A stretch of DNA of 63,660 nucleotides, filler included. It is 4 parts of 4 records of this genome, joined end to end, with 100 filler letters (N's around TTAATTAATTAA, not from the genome) between each part and the next. Parts side by side here need not be neighbours in the genome. Positions count along the whole stretch, not along the records: positions 10,225 to 32,383 come from SRR31156797_290; 3 more parts are not named here. One strand, given 5' to 3'. The position numbers were made by a program, and so were the translations under genes. Below are positions 10,473 to 21,081 of the stretch, one piece after another. The notes below the pieces were generated by a model. The model saw nothing but the letters and a program-made list of their open reading frames with translations. It had not been told where the DNA came from and made no database searches. Each line of letters starts with the position of its first letter. The first letter of the stretch is position 1.

Positions 10473-10480
10473 TACTTTTG
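10473..10480 (+). promoter_or_regulatory. Bacteroidetes housekeeping promoter -7 element upstream of mce
   Basis: TACTTTTG matches the TAnnTTTG consensus, about 50 nt before the mce ATG. Confidence 0.6.
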
Positions 10481-10529
10481 TGAAAAATTTAACATTGTTC
10501 ATAAATAAACAATAAAACCACGTTTCAAC

Positions 10530-10931
10530 ATGAAACCATCACACATTGAGCACATTGGAATCGCCGTAAAAAGCCTCGAAGAAAGCATCCCCTACTACGA
10601 AAAAGTTTTAGGACTGGAATGTTATGCCATCGAAGAGGTGAAAGACCAGAAAGTGAAAACCGCATTCTTCAGGGTTGGACAAACCAAAATCGAATTGCTG
10701 GAATCAACAGATCCTGAAGGGCCAATCGGAAAATATATTGAGAAAAAAGGCGAAGGCATCCATCACCTGGCTTTTGCTATGGAAGATGTTGCAGGTGCAT
10801 TGAATAATGCTGAAGAAAACGGCATTCGCCTCATCGACAAACAGCCCCGCAAAGGTGCCGAAGGACTTAACATCGGCTTCCTTCATCCAAAGTCAACACA
10901 TGGTGTGCTTACCGAATTCTGCGGTAAGTAG
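10530..10931 (+). CDS. mce: Methylmalonyl-CoA epimerase
   Basis: VOC fold: IEHIGIAV, IELLE, GEGIHHLAF, FLHPKSTHGVLTE; first gene of the mmd cluster. Confidence 0.95.
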   Translation: MKPSHIEHIGIAVKSLEESIPYYEKVLGLECYAIEEVKDQKVKTAFFRVGQTKIELLESTDPEGPIGKYIEKKGEGIHHLAFAMEDVAGALNNAEENGIRLIDKQPRKGAEGLNIGFLHPKSTHGVLTEFCGK

Positions 10932-11054
10932 CGCTCTTTTAGTATTAAAATAGGATCATAAAGTTGATCATCTTTTACTGGGTTGTTTATGCAACCCGTG
11001 TACTTCATCCAAAAACCACCAATAATTTCAAACCAAAAACCAAAACCATTCATT

Positions 11055-12614
11055 GTGAATAATCAGGATAAATTACAGCAACTCATCGACCTCCGGGTGA
11101 AGGCTCGCGAAGGAGGCGGTGAAAAACGCATTGAAGCACAACACAACAAAGGCAAATATACCGCCCGGGAACGCATCGAAATGCTGCTGGACGAAGGCAG
11201 CTTCGAGGAGTACGATATGTTTGTAACGCACCGCAGTCATGACTTTGGTATGGAGGAAAAGGTTTACCTCTCTGATGGTGTGATCACCGGCCACGGCACC
11301 ATCGATGGCCGAATCGTTTACGTTTTTTCACAGGATTTTACCGTATTTGGCGGCTCACTTTCCGAAACGTTTGCCCAGAAGATATGCAAGATCATGGACC
11401 AGGCCATGAAGGTAGGAGCTCCGCTTATCGGGATCAATGACTCTGGTGGAGCACGTATACAGGAAGGGGTGAAGAGCCTTGCCGGGTATGCCGAAATCTT
11501 TGAACGCAATATTATGGCTTCGGGTGTTATCCCGCAGATATCTGCGGTGTTTGGCCCATGCGCCGGTGGAGCTGTTTATTCGCCTGCTCTGACCGATGTA
11601 ATCATCATGAGCGATCAAACCAGCTACATGTTTGTTACCGGACCGAAGGTTACCAAAACGGTAACCGGTGAAACCATCTCGGAAGAAGACCTGGGCGGCG
11701 CAACCGTGCATGCCACAAAATCCGGGGTTGCACATTTCAGAGCCGATGATGAGGACGAAGGCATCATGCTCATCAGGAAACTGATGGAATACCTGCCACA
11801 AAACAACCTCGAAGATCCACCCATTTCGGAATGCCACGATCCCATCGATCGCAAAGAAGATGAACTGAACGAAATAATTCCGGATAATCCGAATACACCT
11901 TACGATGTTAAAGACGTCATTTATTCGGTTGTTGATGATAAGGAGTTCCTGGAATTTCACAGGCATTTTGCCAAAAACATTGTGGTTGGATATGCCAAAT
12001 TCAACGGGCAGCCGGTGGGTATTGTGGCCAATCAGCCCAACTTTCTTGCTGGGGTGTTGGATATTGATGCTTCCCGCAAGGCAGCCCGCTTTGTGAGAAT
12101 GTGCGATGCGTTTAACATCCCGATTGTTACCATGGTTGATGTTCCGGGATTTTTGCCGGGTAGCGGACAGGAGTATGGTGGAATTATCATCCACGGAGCC
12201 AAATTGTTGTTTGCATATGGTGAAGCCACAGTTCCAAAAATTACCATTACGCTCAGAAAATCCTATGGTGGCGCCCATGATGTGATGGGATCGAAACAGT
12301 TGAAAGCCGATATCAATTATGCATGGCCTTCAGCCGAAATTGCTGTTATGGGTCCCAAGGGAGCCATCGAAGTACTCGAAGGCAGGAAAATCAGGGAGTT
12401 TGAAGATAAGGAAGAAGCGGCAAAATATACGGCAGCCAAAGAGGAAGAATATCGCAAGGCTTTCGCCAACCCATACCAGGCAGCACGTTTCGGGTATATC
12501 GATGATGTGATTGAACCCCGAAATACACGCTTTAGGATTATCAGGGCACTACAGACTTTGGCTACTAAGAAAGATGCTTTGCCAGCCAAGAAACACGGAA
12601 ATATTCCCATGTAA
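11055..12614 (+). CDS. mmdA: Methylmalonyl-CoA decarboxylase alpha subunit / acyl-CoA carboxyltransferase
   Basis: [32 protein letters not shown] and terminal KKHGNIPM motifs. Likely start is GTG at 11055 rather than the ORF-track start at 10983. Confidence 0.92.
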   Translation: MNNQDKLQQLIDLRVKAREGGGEKRIEAQHNKGKYTARERIEMLLDEGSFEEYDMFVTHRSHDFGMEEKVYLSDGVITGHGTIDGRIVYVFSQDFTVFGGSLSETFAQKICKIMDQAMKVGAPLIGINDSGGARIQEGVKSLAGYAEIFERNIMASGVIPQISAVFGPCAGGAVYSPALTDVIIMSDQTSYMFVTGPKVTKTVTGETISEEDLGGATVHATKSGVAHFRADDEDEGIMLIRKLMEYLPQNNLEDPPISECHDPIDRKEDELNEIIPDNPNTPYDVKDVIYSVVDDKEFLEFHRHFAKNIVVGYAKFNGQPVGIVANQPNFLAGVLDIDASRKAARFVRMCDAFNIPIVTMVDVPGFLPGSGQEYGGIIIHGAKLLFAYGEATVPKITITLRKSYGGAHDVMGSKQLKADINYAWPSAEIAVMGPKGAIEVLEGRKIREFEDKEEAAKYTAAKEEEYRKAFANPYQAARFGYIDDVIEPRNTRFRIIRALQTLATKKDALPAKKHGNIPM

Positions 12615-12626
12615 AAACCCGCAACT

Positions 12627-12998
12627 ATGATTGTTAATGAAATAGGATTTGATTTCTCAAATATTACAGGTTTCAGCATCACTGTAGCCATTGTTGGATA
12701 TGTGATCGTGTTCGGAGCCCTGGTGCTGTTGTTTTTCGTGTACAACATGCTTCCTAAATTTATCAATTTCAAAGCAAAGCGAAAACTGCGCAAGGCAGGA
12801 AAATGCGATGACTGCGAGGTTGAACACATCGAAGGTGACGTGAGTGCCGCCATCAGCATGGCCCTATATCTTCATTTCAATGAAATACACGATGAAGAAA
12901 GTGATGTTATCACCATCAAACGTATCTCCAGACAATATACTCCCTGGAGTTCAAGGATTTATTCTACAAACTCTTTTTACAGGTTACAGAAAAAATGA
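12627..12998 (+). CDS. OadG/MmdD-family membrane subunit of the Na+-pumping decarboxylase
   Basis: Single TM helix (IVGYVIVFGALVLL), AAISMALY and PWSSRIY motifs; lies between mmdA and the biotin carrier. Confidence 0.85.
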   Translation: MIVNEIGFDFSNITGFSITVAIVGYVIVFGALVLLFFVYNMLPKFINFKAKRKLRKAGKCDDCEVEHIEGDVSAAISMALYLHFNEIHDEESDVITIKRISRQYTPWSSRIYSTNSFYRLQKK

Positions 12999-13423
12999 AA
13001 AAATTCACATTCAACATAAAAGGCCACGAATACGAGGTTGAACTTCTCAAATTTGAAGATAACCTTGCCAAAATTGATGTGAACGGAACCATCTATAAGG
13101 TTGAAGTTCAAAAGGAAATCAAACAGTCTAAAACGCCAAAATTGGTTCGCCAGGAAATCCAAACCAGGCGGCAGGACAGCAAGATCAAGAAAACCATCAC
13201 CAGAACCATTGGGCACGATGTAAAATGTCCGTTGCCGGGAAACATTGTGCAGGTATATGTGAAAAACGGTGATCAGGTCAAACTGGGTGATAAACTGGTG
13301 ATGTATGAAGCCATGAAAATGGAAAATACCATCGTGGCTGAAAAAGACGGTGTTGTTCAGAACCTTTGCGTTCAGCCCGGCGACAGTGTGCTTCAGGATG
13401 AAAAGTTAATGGAAATAGAATAA
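12995..13423 (+). CDS. mmdC: Biotin carboxyl carrier subunit of methylmalonyl-CoA decarboxylase
   Basis: EAMKM biotinylation motif; ATGA overlap with the upstream gene. Confidence 0.9.
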   Translation: MKKFTFNIKGHEYEVELLKFEDNLAKIDVNGTIYKVEVQKEIKQSKTPKLVRQEIQTRRQDSKIKKTITRTIGHDVKCPLPGNIVQVYVKNGDQVKLGDKLVMYEAMKMENTIVAEKDGVVQNLCVQPGDSVLQDEKLMEIE

Positions 13424-13443
13424 CCTGTAAACATCAGACAACC

Positions 13444-14775
13444 ATGAAACGATTACTGACTGTTATCGGGATAATTTCAATCCTGGCACTGATTTCATTT
13501 ACATTTCCTACAAATACCGGAAAAGAATTTTCGGATAACACCACTGAACAAGTTGTAGAGAAAAAGGATATTTCGAACGGAATCAAACATGAATCGGATG
13601 CAAGCAAAGGCATCAACCAGTTTATTCGCTATACCGGTTTTGCCAATGCCACCGGCGGGCACCTGATCATGCTGGTGGTGGGTTTGTTCTTTATTTTCCT
13701 GGCCATCAAATATGATTATGAGCCGTTGCTGCTCATACCCATCGGGGTGGGCATTTTAATAGGGAATGTTCCATTTATGCTGGATGCCGGGTTAAAGCTG
13801 GGTATTTATGAAACAGGGAGTGTGTTGAACTACCTGTATTTTGGTGTGACAGCCGGCATTTATCCGCCCCTGATTTTCCTGGGTATCGGAGCCATGACCG
13901 ATTTTTCATCCTTGATTTCAAATCCAAGGTTAATGTTGCTGGGGGCAGCAGCACAGGTGGGTATTTTTGCCACTTTTATTGGTGCCCTGGTTCTTGGATT
14001 TCACCCATCCGAAGCCGGAGCCATTGGCATTATTGGTGGAGCTGACGGTCCAACGGCGATTTTCCTGTCATCCAAGTTGGCCAACGGGATTAATATTTTG
14101 CCTGATGGAACCACCGTGCAAAACCTAATCGGGCCAATCGCCATCGCGGCTTATTCATACATGGCGCTGGTTCCGGTAATTCAGCCGCCCATCATGCGTG
14201 CACTCACCACCAAAAAGGAACGCAAAATCAGGATGAAATCGCCCCGGGCAGTAACAAAACTTGAAAAGATCCTTTTCCCGATCATCGGGCTTTTGTTTAC
14301 CGCTTTCATTTCCCCAAGTTCACTGCCTTTGCTGGGGATGCTCTTTTTCGGAAATATCCTTAAGGAAAGTGGCGTTACCAAACGATTGGCTGATACCGCA
14401 AGAACTTCGCTGATTGATATTGTTACCATTTTGCTTGGGCTAACGGTTGGAGCATCCACACAGGCTGATGTTTTCCTTACCGATCAATCCATCCTGATTT
14501 TTGTGCTGGGAGCGTTATCATTTATGGTGGCAACCGCCGGTGGTTTGATATTTGCCAAGGTGATGAACCTTTTCCTTCCGGCAGATAATAAGGTAAATCC
14601 GCTCATTGGGGCGGCCGGTGTGTCGGCGGTTCCTGACAGCGCCAGGGTGGTGCATGCCGAAGGATTGAAAAATGATCCGAACAACCACCTGCTTATGCAT
14701 GCCATGGCTCCCAACGTTTCTGGGGTAATTGGCTCGGCTGTGGCAGCCGGTATTCTGCTAAGTTTCCTGCTTTAA
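13444..14775 (+). CDS. mmdB: Na+-translocating decarboxylase beta subunit (OadB/MmdB)
   Basis: YEPLLLIPIG, PPLIFLGIGAMTDF, IGIIGGADGPTAI, GVSAVPDSAR and LMHAMAPNVSG motifs. Confidence 0.95.
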   Translation: MKRLLTVIGIISILALISFTFPTNTGKEFSDNTTEQVVEKKDISNGIKHESDASKGINQFIRYTGFANATGGHLIMLVVGLFFIFLAIKYDYEPLLLIPIGVGILIGNVPFMLDAGLKLGIYETGSVLNYLYFGVTAGIYPPLIFLGIGAMTDFSSLISNPRLMLLGAAAQVGIFATFIGALVLGFHPSEAGAIGIIGGADGPTAIFLSSKLANGINILPDGTTVQNLIGPIAIAAYSYMALVPVIQPPIMRALTTKKERKIRMKSPRAVTKLEKILFPIIGLLFTAFISPSSLPLLGMLFFGNILKESGVTKRLADTARTSLIDIVTILLGLTVGASTQADVFLTDQSILIFVLGALSFMVATAGGLIFAKVMNLFLPADNKVNPLIGAAGVSAVPDSARVVHAEGLKNDPNNHLLMHAMAPNVSGVIGSAVAAGILLSFLL

Positions 14776-14795
14776 AAAATGATTAGAGTATAGCC

Positions 14796-14832
14796 AGGCC
14801 GGTTTTGGAATTTAATCTGAACCGGCCTTTTT
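14796..14832 (+). terminator. Intrinsic terminator of the mce-mmd operon
   Basis: AGGCCGGTT...AACCGGCCT stem followed by a T-run. Confidence 0.75.
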
Positions 14833-14937
14833 GTTTGCATTCAAAATATTTGGGCACTTTTTTTGTTAAGGTTGCCGGAGGTTTGAATTGAAATTTGACA
14901 GATACTTTAAACAAAATGAATCAAAAACATCAGGCAA

Positions 14938-15759
14938 ATGAAGAAATACATATTTACTTTTCTGGCAATTATAGCCGGTACAGCCATCATATTGCAATCA
15001 GCTTGCGAAAAGGATGAAATTGAAACCATTCCGCTTCAAACCGTAAGCGGCGAAATTCTTGAAACCGTGGATTATGGCACAAAGGTTTTCCTTTTTAGTT
15101 TCAAAACCGACCTTCAAACCTATCCTGTAACATACATCATCAGGAACGAAACCGATGTTGAGGGCAACCAGGTGAACATCAACCTGATCGACATTCAAAA
15201 GGATGGCCTGGATGATTTGAATATAGAAAAAGGTCCGGCTTCGTGTATCATCCAGCTTGGAGCTCTTGATAACGGAACCTACGACGTACAGATTACAGCC
15301 GGGAATTTCTCTGGTGCCGGCCAGTTTACTATATCAGATGAGCAGGTTATGTTTGATTTTCCGGCAACCGAGGGCATCACAATTTCCCATGATACCCTTA
15401 ACCGCATTCCATTTGGAACAATCTGGGGCTATGTAGGATATCAGAGTATATCACATGCATCTATTGCAACCAGTTTTATTTCGAACATGGATGCCATCGG
15501 TGCTGAAAATGCAGACTTCGATCCTGGCTATTATGGCTATTTTTCAGTTTCAGATTCGGGTAATATCATCCAGCCCATTGACGATGGATTTGAATATTAT
15601 AAGGAGTTTTTTAAAACCTATTCCGGCGAAGGAAATGCTATGGAGGAACATGTGAATTACTATATGACCGAATATTTTAATAAGGTAGATATTTCGTTTT
15701 ACTGGTATTATGGGGGTGATACCAAATCCAATTCAGGAAGCACGTCGGCCTGGAAATAA
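14938..15759 (+). CDS. Hypothetical lipoprotein (probably surface exposed)
   Basis: Signal peptide with lipobox QSAC followed by acidic EKDE, similar to Bacteroidetes lipoprotein export signals. Confidence 0.75.
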   Translation: MKKYIFTFLAIIAGTAIILQSACEKDEIETIPLQTVSGEILETVDYGTKVFLFSFKTDLQTYPVTYIIRNETDVEGNQVNINLIDIQKDGLDDLNIEKGPASCIIQLGALDNGTYDVQITAGNFSGAGQFTISDEQVMFDFPATEGITISHDTLNRIPFGTIWGYVGYQSISHASIATSFISNMDAIGAENADFDPGYYGYFSVSDSGNIIQPIDDGFEYYKEFFKTYSGEGNAMEEHVNYYMTEYFNKVDISFYWYYGGDTKSNSGSTSAWK

Positions 15760-15794
15760 TTGAACAAATCTACTCCTAAAATGTAGTTGCTGGC

Positions 15795-16586
15795 ATGAAG
15801 TTATTTTTCAGGGAATATGGCCATGGTCAACCATTGATTATCCTCCATGGTATTTTTGGGATTTCTGACAACTGGGTTTCTTTTGCACGAAGTGTTGAAG
15901 ACCGTTTTCGGGTATTGATTCCGGATCAGCGAAATCATGGCCAGTCGCCCCATGATCCGACCTTTAATTACTTTGCCCTTTGCGCTGACCTCACAGAATT
16001 TATTGAAGAACATGATTTGGAAGATCCGATCATCCTGGGGCATTCGATGGGTGGAAAGGTGGCCATGCGTTTTGCCCTGGAAAATCCGGATATGTTAAAA
16101 GCGCTCATTATTGTTGATATCAGCATGCGGACTTACCAGCGCCGGTTTCGCCATCTGGATATGATAGATGCGATGTTAAATGTTGATTTCGAATCAGCAG
16201 AAACACGTGAAGATGTTGAAAATCAGCTGCTGGATAAAATCAGGGAAAAGCGCATCCGGCAATTTGCCATGAAAAACCTGTATCGCAGGGATCGAAGTGG
16301 CCAGTTCGCCTGGAGGCTGAACCTCGAAGCCATCAACCTGAACATGGACGAAGTTTTTGAAGGCATTGATCTGGATAAATCCTTCGATAAACCAACACTT
16401 TTTATCAGGGGAGGGGATTCGGATTATGTGAAATACCAGGATTACGACCAGATTTACCGAAACTTTTTAAAGGCGCAGATTGAAACCATTGATGGTGCAG
16501 GTCACTGGCTGCATGCCGAAAACCCTGAGGAATTCCTAAATATATTTGATAATTTTATCAGGATGAATGAATTGCTGAAATCCTAA
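15795..16586 (+). CDS. Alpha/beta hydrolase, YbfF-like esterase
   Basis: LHGIFG, DQRNHGQSP, GHSMGG nucleophile elbow, GHWLHAE. Confidence 0.9.
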   Translation: MKLFFREYGHGQPLIILHGIFGISDNWVSFARSVEDRFRVLIPDQRNHGQSPHDPTFNYFALCADLTEFIEEHDLEDPIILGHSMGGKVAMRFALENPDMLKALIIVDISMRTYQRRFRHLDMIDAMLNVDFESAETREDVENQLLDKIREKRIRQFAMKNLYRRDRSGQFAWRLNLEAINLNMDEVFEGIDLDKSFDKPTLFIRGGDSDYVKYQDYDQIYRNFLKAQIETIDGAGHWLHAENPEEFLNIFDNFIRMNELLKS

Positions 16587-17580
16587 CGCCTTTGCTTTTT
16601 CCTTTTATTTCCTGCTCGCCCAATGGTTCACGCCTGTACTTTCCGATAGCAAGTTGCTCAAGTATTTGATCAGAAATCAATAGGTTTTTACCGAGCGGAT
16701 TACACAAAGATTCTATGCGGGCAGTGGTGTTAAGCACATCTCCCAAAAGCGCAATTTCCTTTTTCATATGTCCCATTTCACCCGTCACAACCAATCCGCC
16801 GTGGATGCCGGCCTTGAATTCAGGAATCAGATCGTATTTCCTGGCATAGTTTAATTTGTTTTTATTGATCCTGGATTCGATGCTGAAAAAACAATCCAAA
16901 GGCAGTGTTTTTCCTGTTACTTTTTTTGTTTTCCATGAAATGATGGCCTCATCGCCAACGTATTTGTATATCTCACCTTTTGTTTCACTTACAGCTATTG
17001 AAACATCATAGAAGAAGTCATTAAGGAGTTGTAAAAACATCTTATGTCCGAGTGCTTCGGCCAGTGTTGTTGAGGATTTTAGATCGAGAAACATAAAAAC
17101 CCTGGATTCCTCAAATGGATTGTGATATTTGCCAACCAGTAGTTTGAGCAGGAAATGCCGTCCAAGCAATGTGTTGAACATAGAATAGGAACTGAAAAGC
17201 AGAAAAATGAAGAACCCAAATATCAATCCATACCCCATTGCCTGGCTAAACAAAATAGATTCGAAATTTGAAATGATAAGTTTGACATCAAAACGATTCA
17301 GGATGATTATCGCGATAAAAACGGCAAGAATGATCAGTATCATATTGATAATCGTGCTCGTTAAAAGCGCAAGAAAGAAATTCCTGCGCGATAACCGGGG
17401 CTTAATATAAATCTCAAACGTAGAAATGTATAAATGGGCTTGCAGTCCAACCAAAAATCCTAAAACAAAATTTGAGAATGCTGGTGAAAAGAATAAATAG
17501 ATGAATGTTCCAGACAGGAGTGATGAAATCAACAATTGCGGCAGTAGTCCCAGAAATGTCTTTTTAATACTTTGCTGCAT
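16558..17580 (-). CDS. Membrane-anchored class III adenylate/guanylate cyclase
   Basis: About four N-terminal TM helices; FMFLDLKSSTT, KYVGDE, GDVLNTTARIE. Confidence 0.88.
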   Translation of the reverse strand: MQQSIKKTFLGLLPQLLISSLLSGTFIYLFFSPAFSNFVLGFLVGLQAHLYISTFEIYIKPRLSRRNFFLALLTSTIINMILIILAVFIAIIILNRFDVKLIISNFESILFSQAMGYGLIFGFFIFLLFSSYSMFNTLLGRHFLLKLLVGKYHNPFEESRVFMFLDLKSSTTLAEALGHKMFLQLLNDFFYDVSIAVSETKGEIYKYVGDEAIISWKTKKVTGKTLPLDCFFSIESRINKNKLNYARKYDLIPEFKAGIHGGLVVTGEMGHMKKEIALLGDVLNTTARIESLCNPLGKNLLISDQILEQLAIGKYRREPLGEQEIKGKSKGVRISAIHSS

Positions 17581-17587
17581 TTATTCG

Positions 17588-19696
17588 TTAATATTTATCC
17601 CTGATGGTTTCCACGCCATCCCAGTCATCGGGTATACCAAAGTCGAGGATGTTGCGGCATCTGGCCACATATAGTTCCGCAGCATGGTCGTTAGGATTTG
17701 CTTCGATTACTTTTCTGAATAACGCCAAAGCCTCATCAAATTCCTTGCTCTTATATAATTGCAATCCCTTGCCAAAATCGGCTTTTGTTTCAATCTTGAG
17801 TTGTTTGTTCTTTTTTGTTTCCCCGTTAAGCACTTCAAAAATATATACGGCTTCTTTCTTACCTTTTACTTTCACCACATCCAAAAATCGGTAGTCGTAT
17901 CTGTTTGGGTCTTCCAGTTTAATGAGCGTATCCTGCGAAATGATAATGGAGGTGCCATACATTTTGGTCAGCCCCTCAATCCGCGAGGCCAGGTTAACCG
18001 CATCCGAAACTACAGTTCCATCCATCCTGCCATGGCCACCCACCACACCAAGCATCAGGTTTCCCGTATGTATTCCAATGCCACTGTCGATGGGTAATTT
18101 CCCCTCAAGTTTACGTTTCACATTAAAATCAGCCAATGCCACACGCATCTCGATTGCAGCATCAATGGCATTTTCAACGTTGCCCACAAAAAGGGCCATG
18201 ATCGAATCGCCAATGTATTTATCGATAAACCCGTGATTGCGCGAAATGAGCGGTTCCATCACACTGAGATATTCATTCAGGAAATCGAAATTCTCCTTTG
18301 GTGTTAAATCTTCTGACATTGTTGTGAAGTCACGGATATCCGTAAACAGCACCGACATCTCTTTTTGAACCTGGTCACCCAATTGAACTTCTGTAATGTT
18401 GTCTTTTTCAAGGAAGTCGAGAAATTGTTTAGGCACAAAACGATAATAAGCCTTGTTCATTTTTTCGATCCGGCTGATGTATCGTTCGATTTGCCCGGTC
18501 ATCTCATTAAACCGTTCGGCGAGTTCACCAATTTCATCGTTGCTCCTAACCACCGTATAATTTACGTTTTTACCGTCCCCGGTTTTTTGCATGTTGAATA
18601 TCAGTTCACGCACAGGATAAACAATATCTACAGCGGTCCATTTTACAAAAAGAAAGATATATATCAGCGAAGCAATAATTCCTGAGCTGATTCCAAAGGC
18701 CATAATCAATCCGTCCATGGCGTTGATGAAGAAGAAAACATGACCCATATTTTCCAGGTTGCCATCATCATTTATCACATTTTCCATCATGGGGCTGTAT
18801 CTGCCAAACAAAATTTCTATCTGATCTTCATTGATATTATCCAGAGAGAGATCATTTAATTTGGTTACACTAAAAAGCAGGTAAGCTATAACGATGGATA
18901 ATGGCAGAAGCGTGGTCATAACACTAGAAATCCAGAACCGGTTTTTGATACGGCTTCTGCCGGCCTTGAAGATACGTTTTCGCAATTCTTCCTTGGAAAA
19001 TAAAAACTCAAGGTATTTGATATGAACGCGATGTTTTTCCCAAAAATAAACAAAGAGGACTGTAAGCAGGGTAGCGAATAGTGAAATTACGAAGAACCTT
19101 AAAAATACTGGTGTTGATGCATTGATGTACTCCGGATATTCGATCATCATTACAATCATGTAAATAAGTGAAGCGAATAGCGCTGAGCCAAGAATTGCTG
19201 CATTTATCCATGGTGATCGAAGGATGTACCGCTTGCAGAAAGCAAACAGTTTGTCCGAAATTTCTTTGTTGCGCCTGCGCCGTCTAAAAAACCGTTTAAA
19301 AGGGAAATTAAATATAAAACCCAGTAGAAATGCCGCGGGCAGACTTATGGCCATCAGAAATCCAAAAGATTTTGAAAGCATTTCGTTTTGGGGATCAGTG
19401 GTAGGAGATTCGTCGGTTTCCGCAGGAATATCCGCAGCTGTTTCCTCGGGATTGTTGAGATCATCTGTTACGGTGGTTTGCACGCGAAGTCCTGTAGCGG
19501 TGTCTTCTTTAACAAAAAGTGTGTCCTTATTCTGATCATCATTAAAGGCATTTGCCAATGATCTATTTTCGATCAGGTCGGGGATGGATTGAAAAAACAA
19601 AAAGCCCGCAAAGGGTGCCACCAGCATGAAATACATGATTGTGGAAACAAAATATATTCGGAAACCGTAGAAGCCTGGAAATTTTCTGTTACTCAT
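17588..19696 (-). CDS. Membrane class III adenylate cyclase with HAMP domain and C-terminal TPR-like helices
   Basis: Multiple TM helices; HAMP (DEIGELAERFNEM); VLFTDIRDFT, KYIGDSIMA, SDAVNLASRIE; terminal PDDWDG. Confidence 0.9.
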   Translation of the reverse strand: MSNRKFPGFYGFRIYFVSTIMYFMLVAPFAGFLFFQSIPDLIENRSLANAFNDDQNKDTLFVKEDTATGLRVQTTVTDDLNNPEETAADIPAETDESPTTDPQNEMLSKSFGFLMAISLPAAFLLGFIFNFPFKRFFRRRRRNKEISDKLFAFCKRYILRSPWINAAILGSALFASLIYMIVMMIEYPEYINASTPVFLRFFVISLFATLLTVLFVYFWEKHRVHIKYLEFLFSKEELRKRIFKAGRSRIKNRFWISSVMTTLLPLSIVIAYLLFSVTKLNDLSLDNINEDQIEILFGRYSPMMENVINDDGNLENMGHVFFFINAMDGLIMAFGISSGIIASLIYIFLFVKWTAVDIVYPVRELIFNMQKTGDGKNVNYTVVRSNDEIGELAERFNEMTGQIERYISRIEKMNKAYYRFVPKQFLDFLEKDNITEVQLGDQVQKEMSVLFTDIRDFTTMSEDLTPKENFDFLNEYLSVMEPLISRNHGFIDKYIGDSIMALFVGNVENAIDAAIEMRVALADFNVKRKLEGKLPIDSGIGIHTGNLMLGVVGGHGRMDGTVVSDAVNLASRIEGLTKMYGTSIIISQDTLIKLEDPNRYDYRFLDVVKVKGKKEAVYIFEVLNGETKKNKQLKIETKADFGKGLQLYKSKEFDEALALFRKVIEANPNDHAAELYVARCRNILDFGIPDDWDGVETIRDKY

Positions 19697-19723
19697 AACT
19701 TAATCCTCGCTTGTTTAAATCAC

Positions 19724-20146
19724 CTATGCTTCCTTTCCCGAATCAATTAAGCAGGTTCTGATTTTGTATATAAGTTCCTCGCTGCGAATGGGTTTTGCAA
19801 TGTAATCATCGCAACCTGCATCAAAGCACTTTTGTTTCTCTCCGGAAAAAACAAACGCTGTTTGAGCAATAACTGTTATGTCCTGACGAATTTTTTTTAT
19901 TTCCCTGGTAGCAATATAACCACTAATGCCCGGTAGATGAAGGTCCATTAACACCAGGTCGATATTGGTATTTGTAGCACAGATGTCGATAGCCTCATTA
20001 CCTGTTTTGGCGTGCAGAATAATTGCTTTTGTAGGTTCAAGCGCTTTTTGCAAGTACCTGAAATTAGGCTCAACATCTTCAACAATTAACATGGTGCGAT
20101 AGTCCCAGTTTACACTTAAATTTAAAGGGTCAAATATTTGCTTCAT
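19724..20146 (-). CDS. Single-domain CheY-like response regulator
   Basis: LIVED, DLVLMDLHLP, IAQTA, YIAKP. Likely start is ATG at 20146 (MKQIF) rather than 20218. Confidence 0.88.
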   Translation of the reverse strand: MKQIFDPLNLSVNWDYRTMLIVEDVEPNFRYLQKALEPTKAIILHAKTGNEAIDICATNTNIDLVLMDLHLPGISGYIATREIKKIRQDITVIAQTAFVFSGEKQKCFDAGCDDYIAKPIRSEELIYKIRTCLIDSGKEA

Positions 20147-20319
20147 TTCGAGTAGCTCAGTTGCTGATGGTTTTAAGATTTGCAAACAAAAATAGAAAAA
20201 TTTCAATGCAACCGGCATTTAATTTCCGGTTTTGGAAGTAATTTCGATGATTATTTGGTTTGTGCCGGGATTATGAACATTCGGGCAACAGGCCTGTTTT
20301 TCAAACAAAATAAATTGCA

Positions 20320-20511
20320 ATGGAAAAAATTAAGGACCCATGTATTTCGATTTGTCAGTACGACGACAATGAAATTTGCCTCGGTTGCAGCCGCACAAAA
20401 AAAGAAGCTAAAACATGGTGGAGGATGAAGGATGACGAAAAGCTACAGGTTCTTGAAAATATTAAATCCAGAGCGGAAAACGCATCTGACCATTTAGATT
20501 ATTACGTTTAA
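20320..20511 (+). CDS. DUF1289-family small Cys-rich protein
   Basis: PCISIC...CLGCSRT..E...W pattern. Confidence 0.8.
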   Translation: MEKIKDPCISICQYDDNEICLGCSRTKKEAKTWWRMKDDEKLQVLENIKSRAENASDHLDYYV

Positions 20512-20514
20512 TCA

Positions 20515-21081
20515 CTATTCGGTAAGTAGTTTTTCGATAACAACGGGGTAATGTTTGTATTCTAATTCATGAATTTTACCGGCCAATGTATCGGGAGTAT
20601 CTCCCGGTTCAACAGGACATTTGGCCTGAAAAACCACTTTACCGTGGTCATAAATTTCATCCACAAAGTGAATTGTTATACCGCTTTCCTTTTCCCCTTG
20701 GTTAATCACAGCCTCATGAACACGCATCCCATACATCTTTTTCCCTCCGTATTTTGGAAGTAGGGCCGGATGAATGTTGATGATTTTTTTAGGGAATGCG
20801 CTCAACAGACTTTGTGGAATAAGCCACAGAAAACCAGCCAGTACAATCAGGTCAATTTTTCGTTTTGTTAGCAACTTGGCCAGTTTGTCCGGGTTTTTCA
20901 TATCATCCCTCGAAAACAGGGCTGATTCAATTCCAAGTTGTTTTGCCCTTTCTAAAACATATGCATCAGGGTTATTCGTCAGAATCATTTCAACCCTGAT
21001 ATCATTTTGATTTTCAAAGTGGTGGGCAATATTTTCAGCGTTAGTTCCACTGCCTGAAGCAAAAATCGCTATCCTTTTCAT
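20515..21081 (-). CDS. purN: Phosphoribosylglycinamide formyltransferase
   Basis: IFASGSGTN, LAGF, NIHPALLP, GITIHFV, YDHG. Confidence 0.96.
   Translation of the reverse strand: MKRIAIFASGSGTNAENIAHHFENQNDIRVEMILTNNPDAYVLERAKQLGIESALFSRDDMKNPDKLAKLLTKRKIDLIVLAGFLWLIPQSLLSAFPKKIINIHPALLPKYGGKKMYGMRVHEAVINQGEKESGITIHFVDEIYDHGKVVFQAKCPVEPGDTPDTLAGKIHELEYKHYPVVIEKLLTE

Noticed and set aside
10225-10530. tRNA 3' fragment as an integration (att) scar
   Set aside because: It begins exactly at the contig edge, has its own terminator, and no integrase or island follows; truncation explains it.
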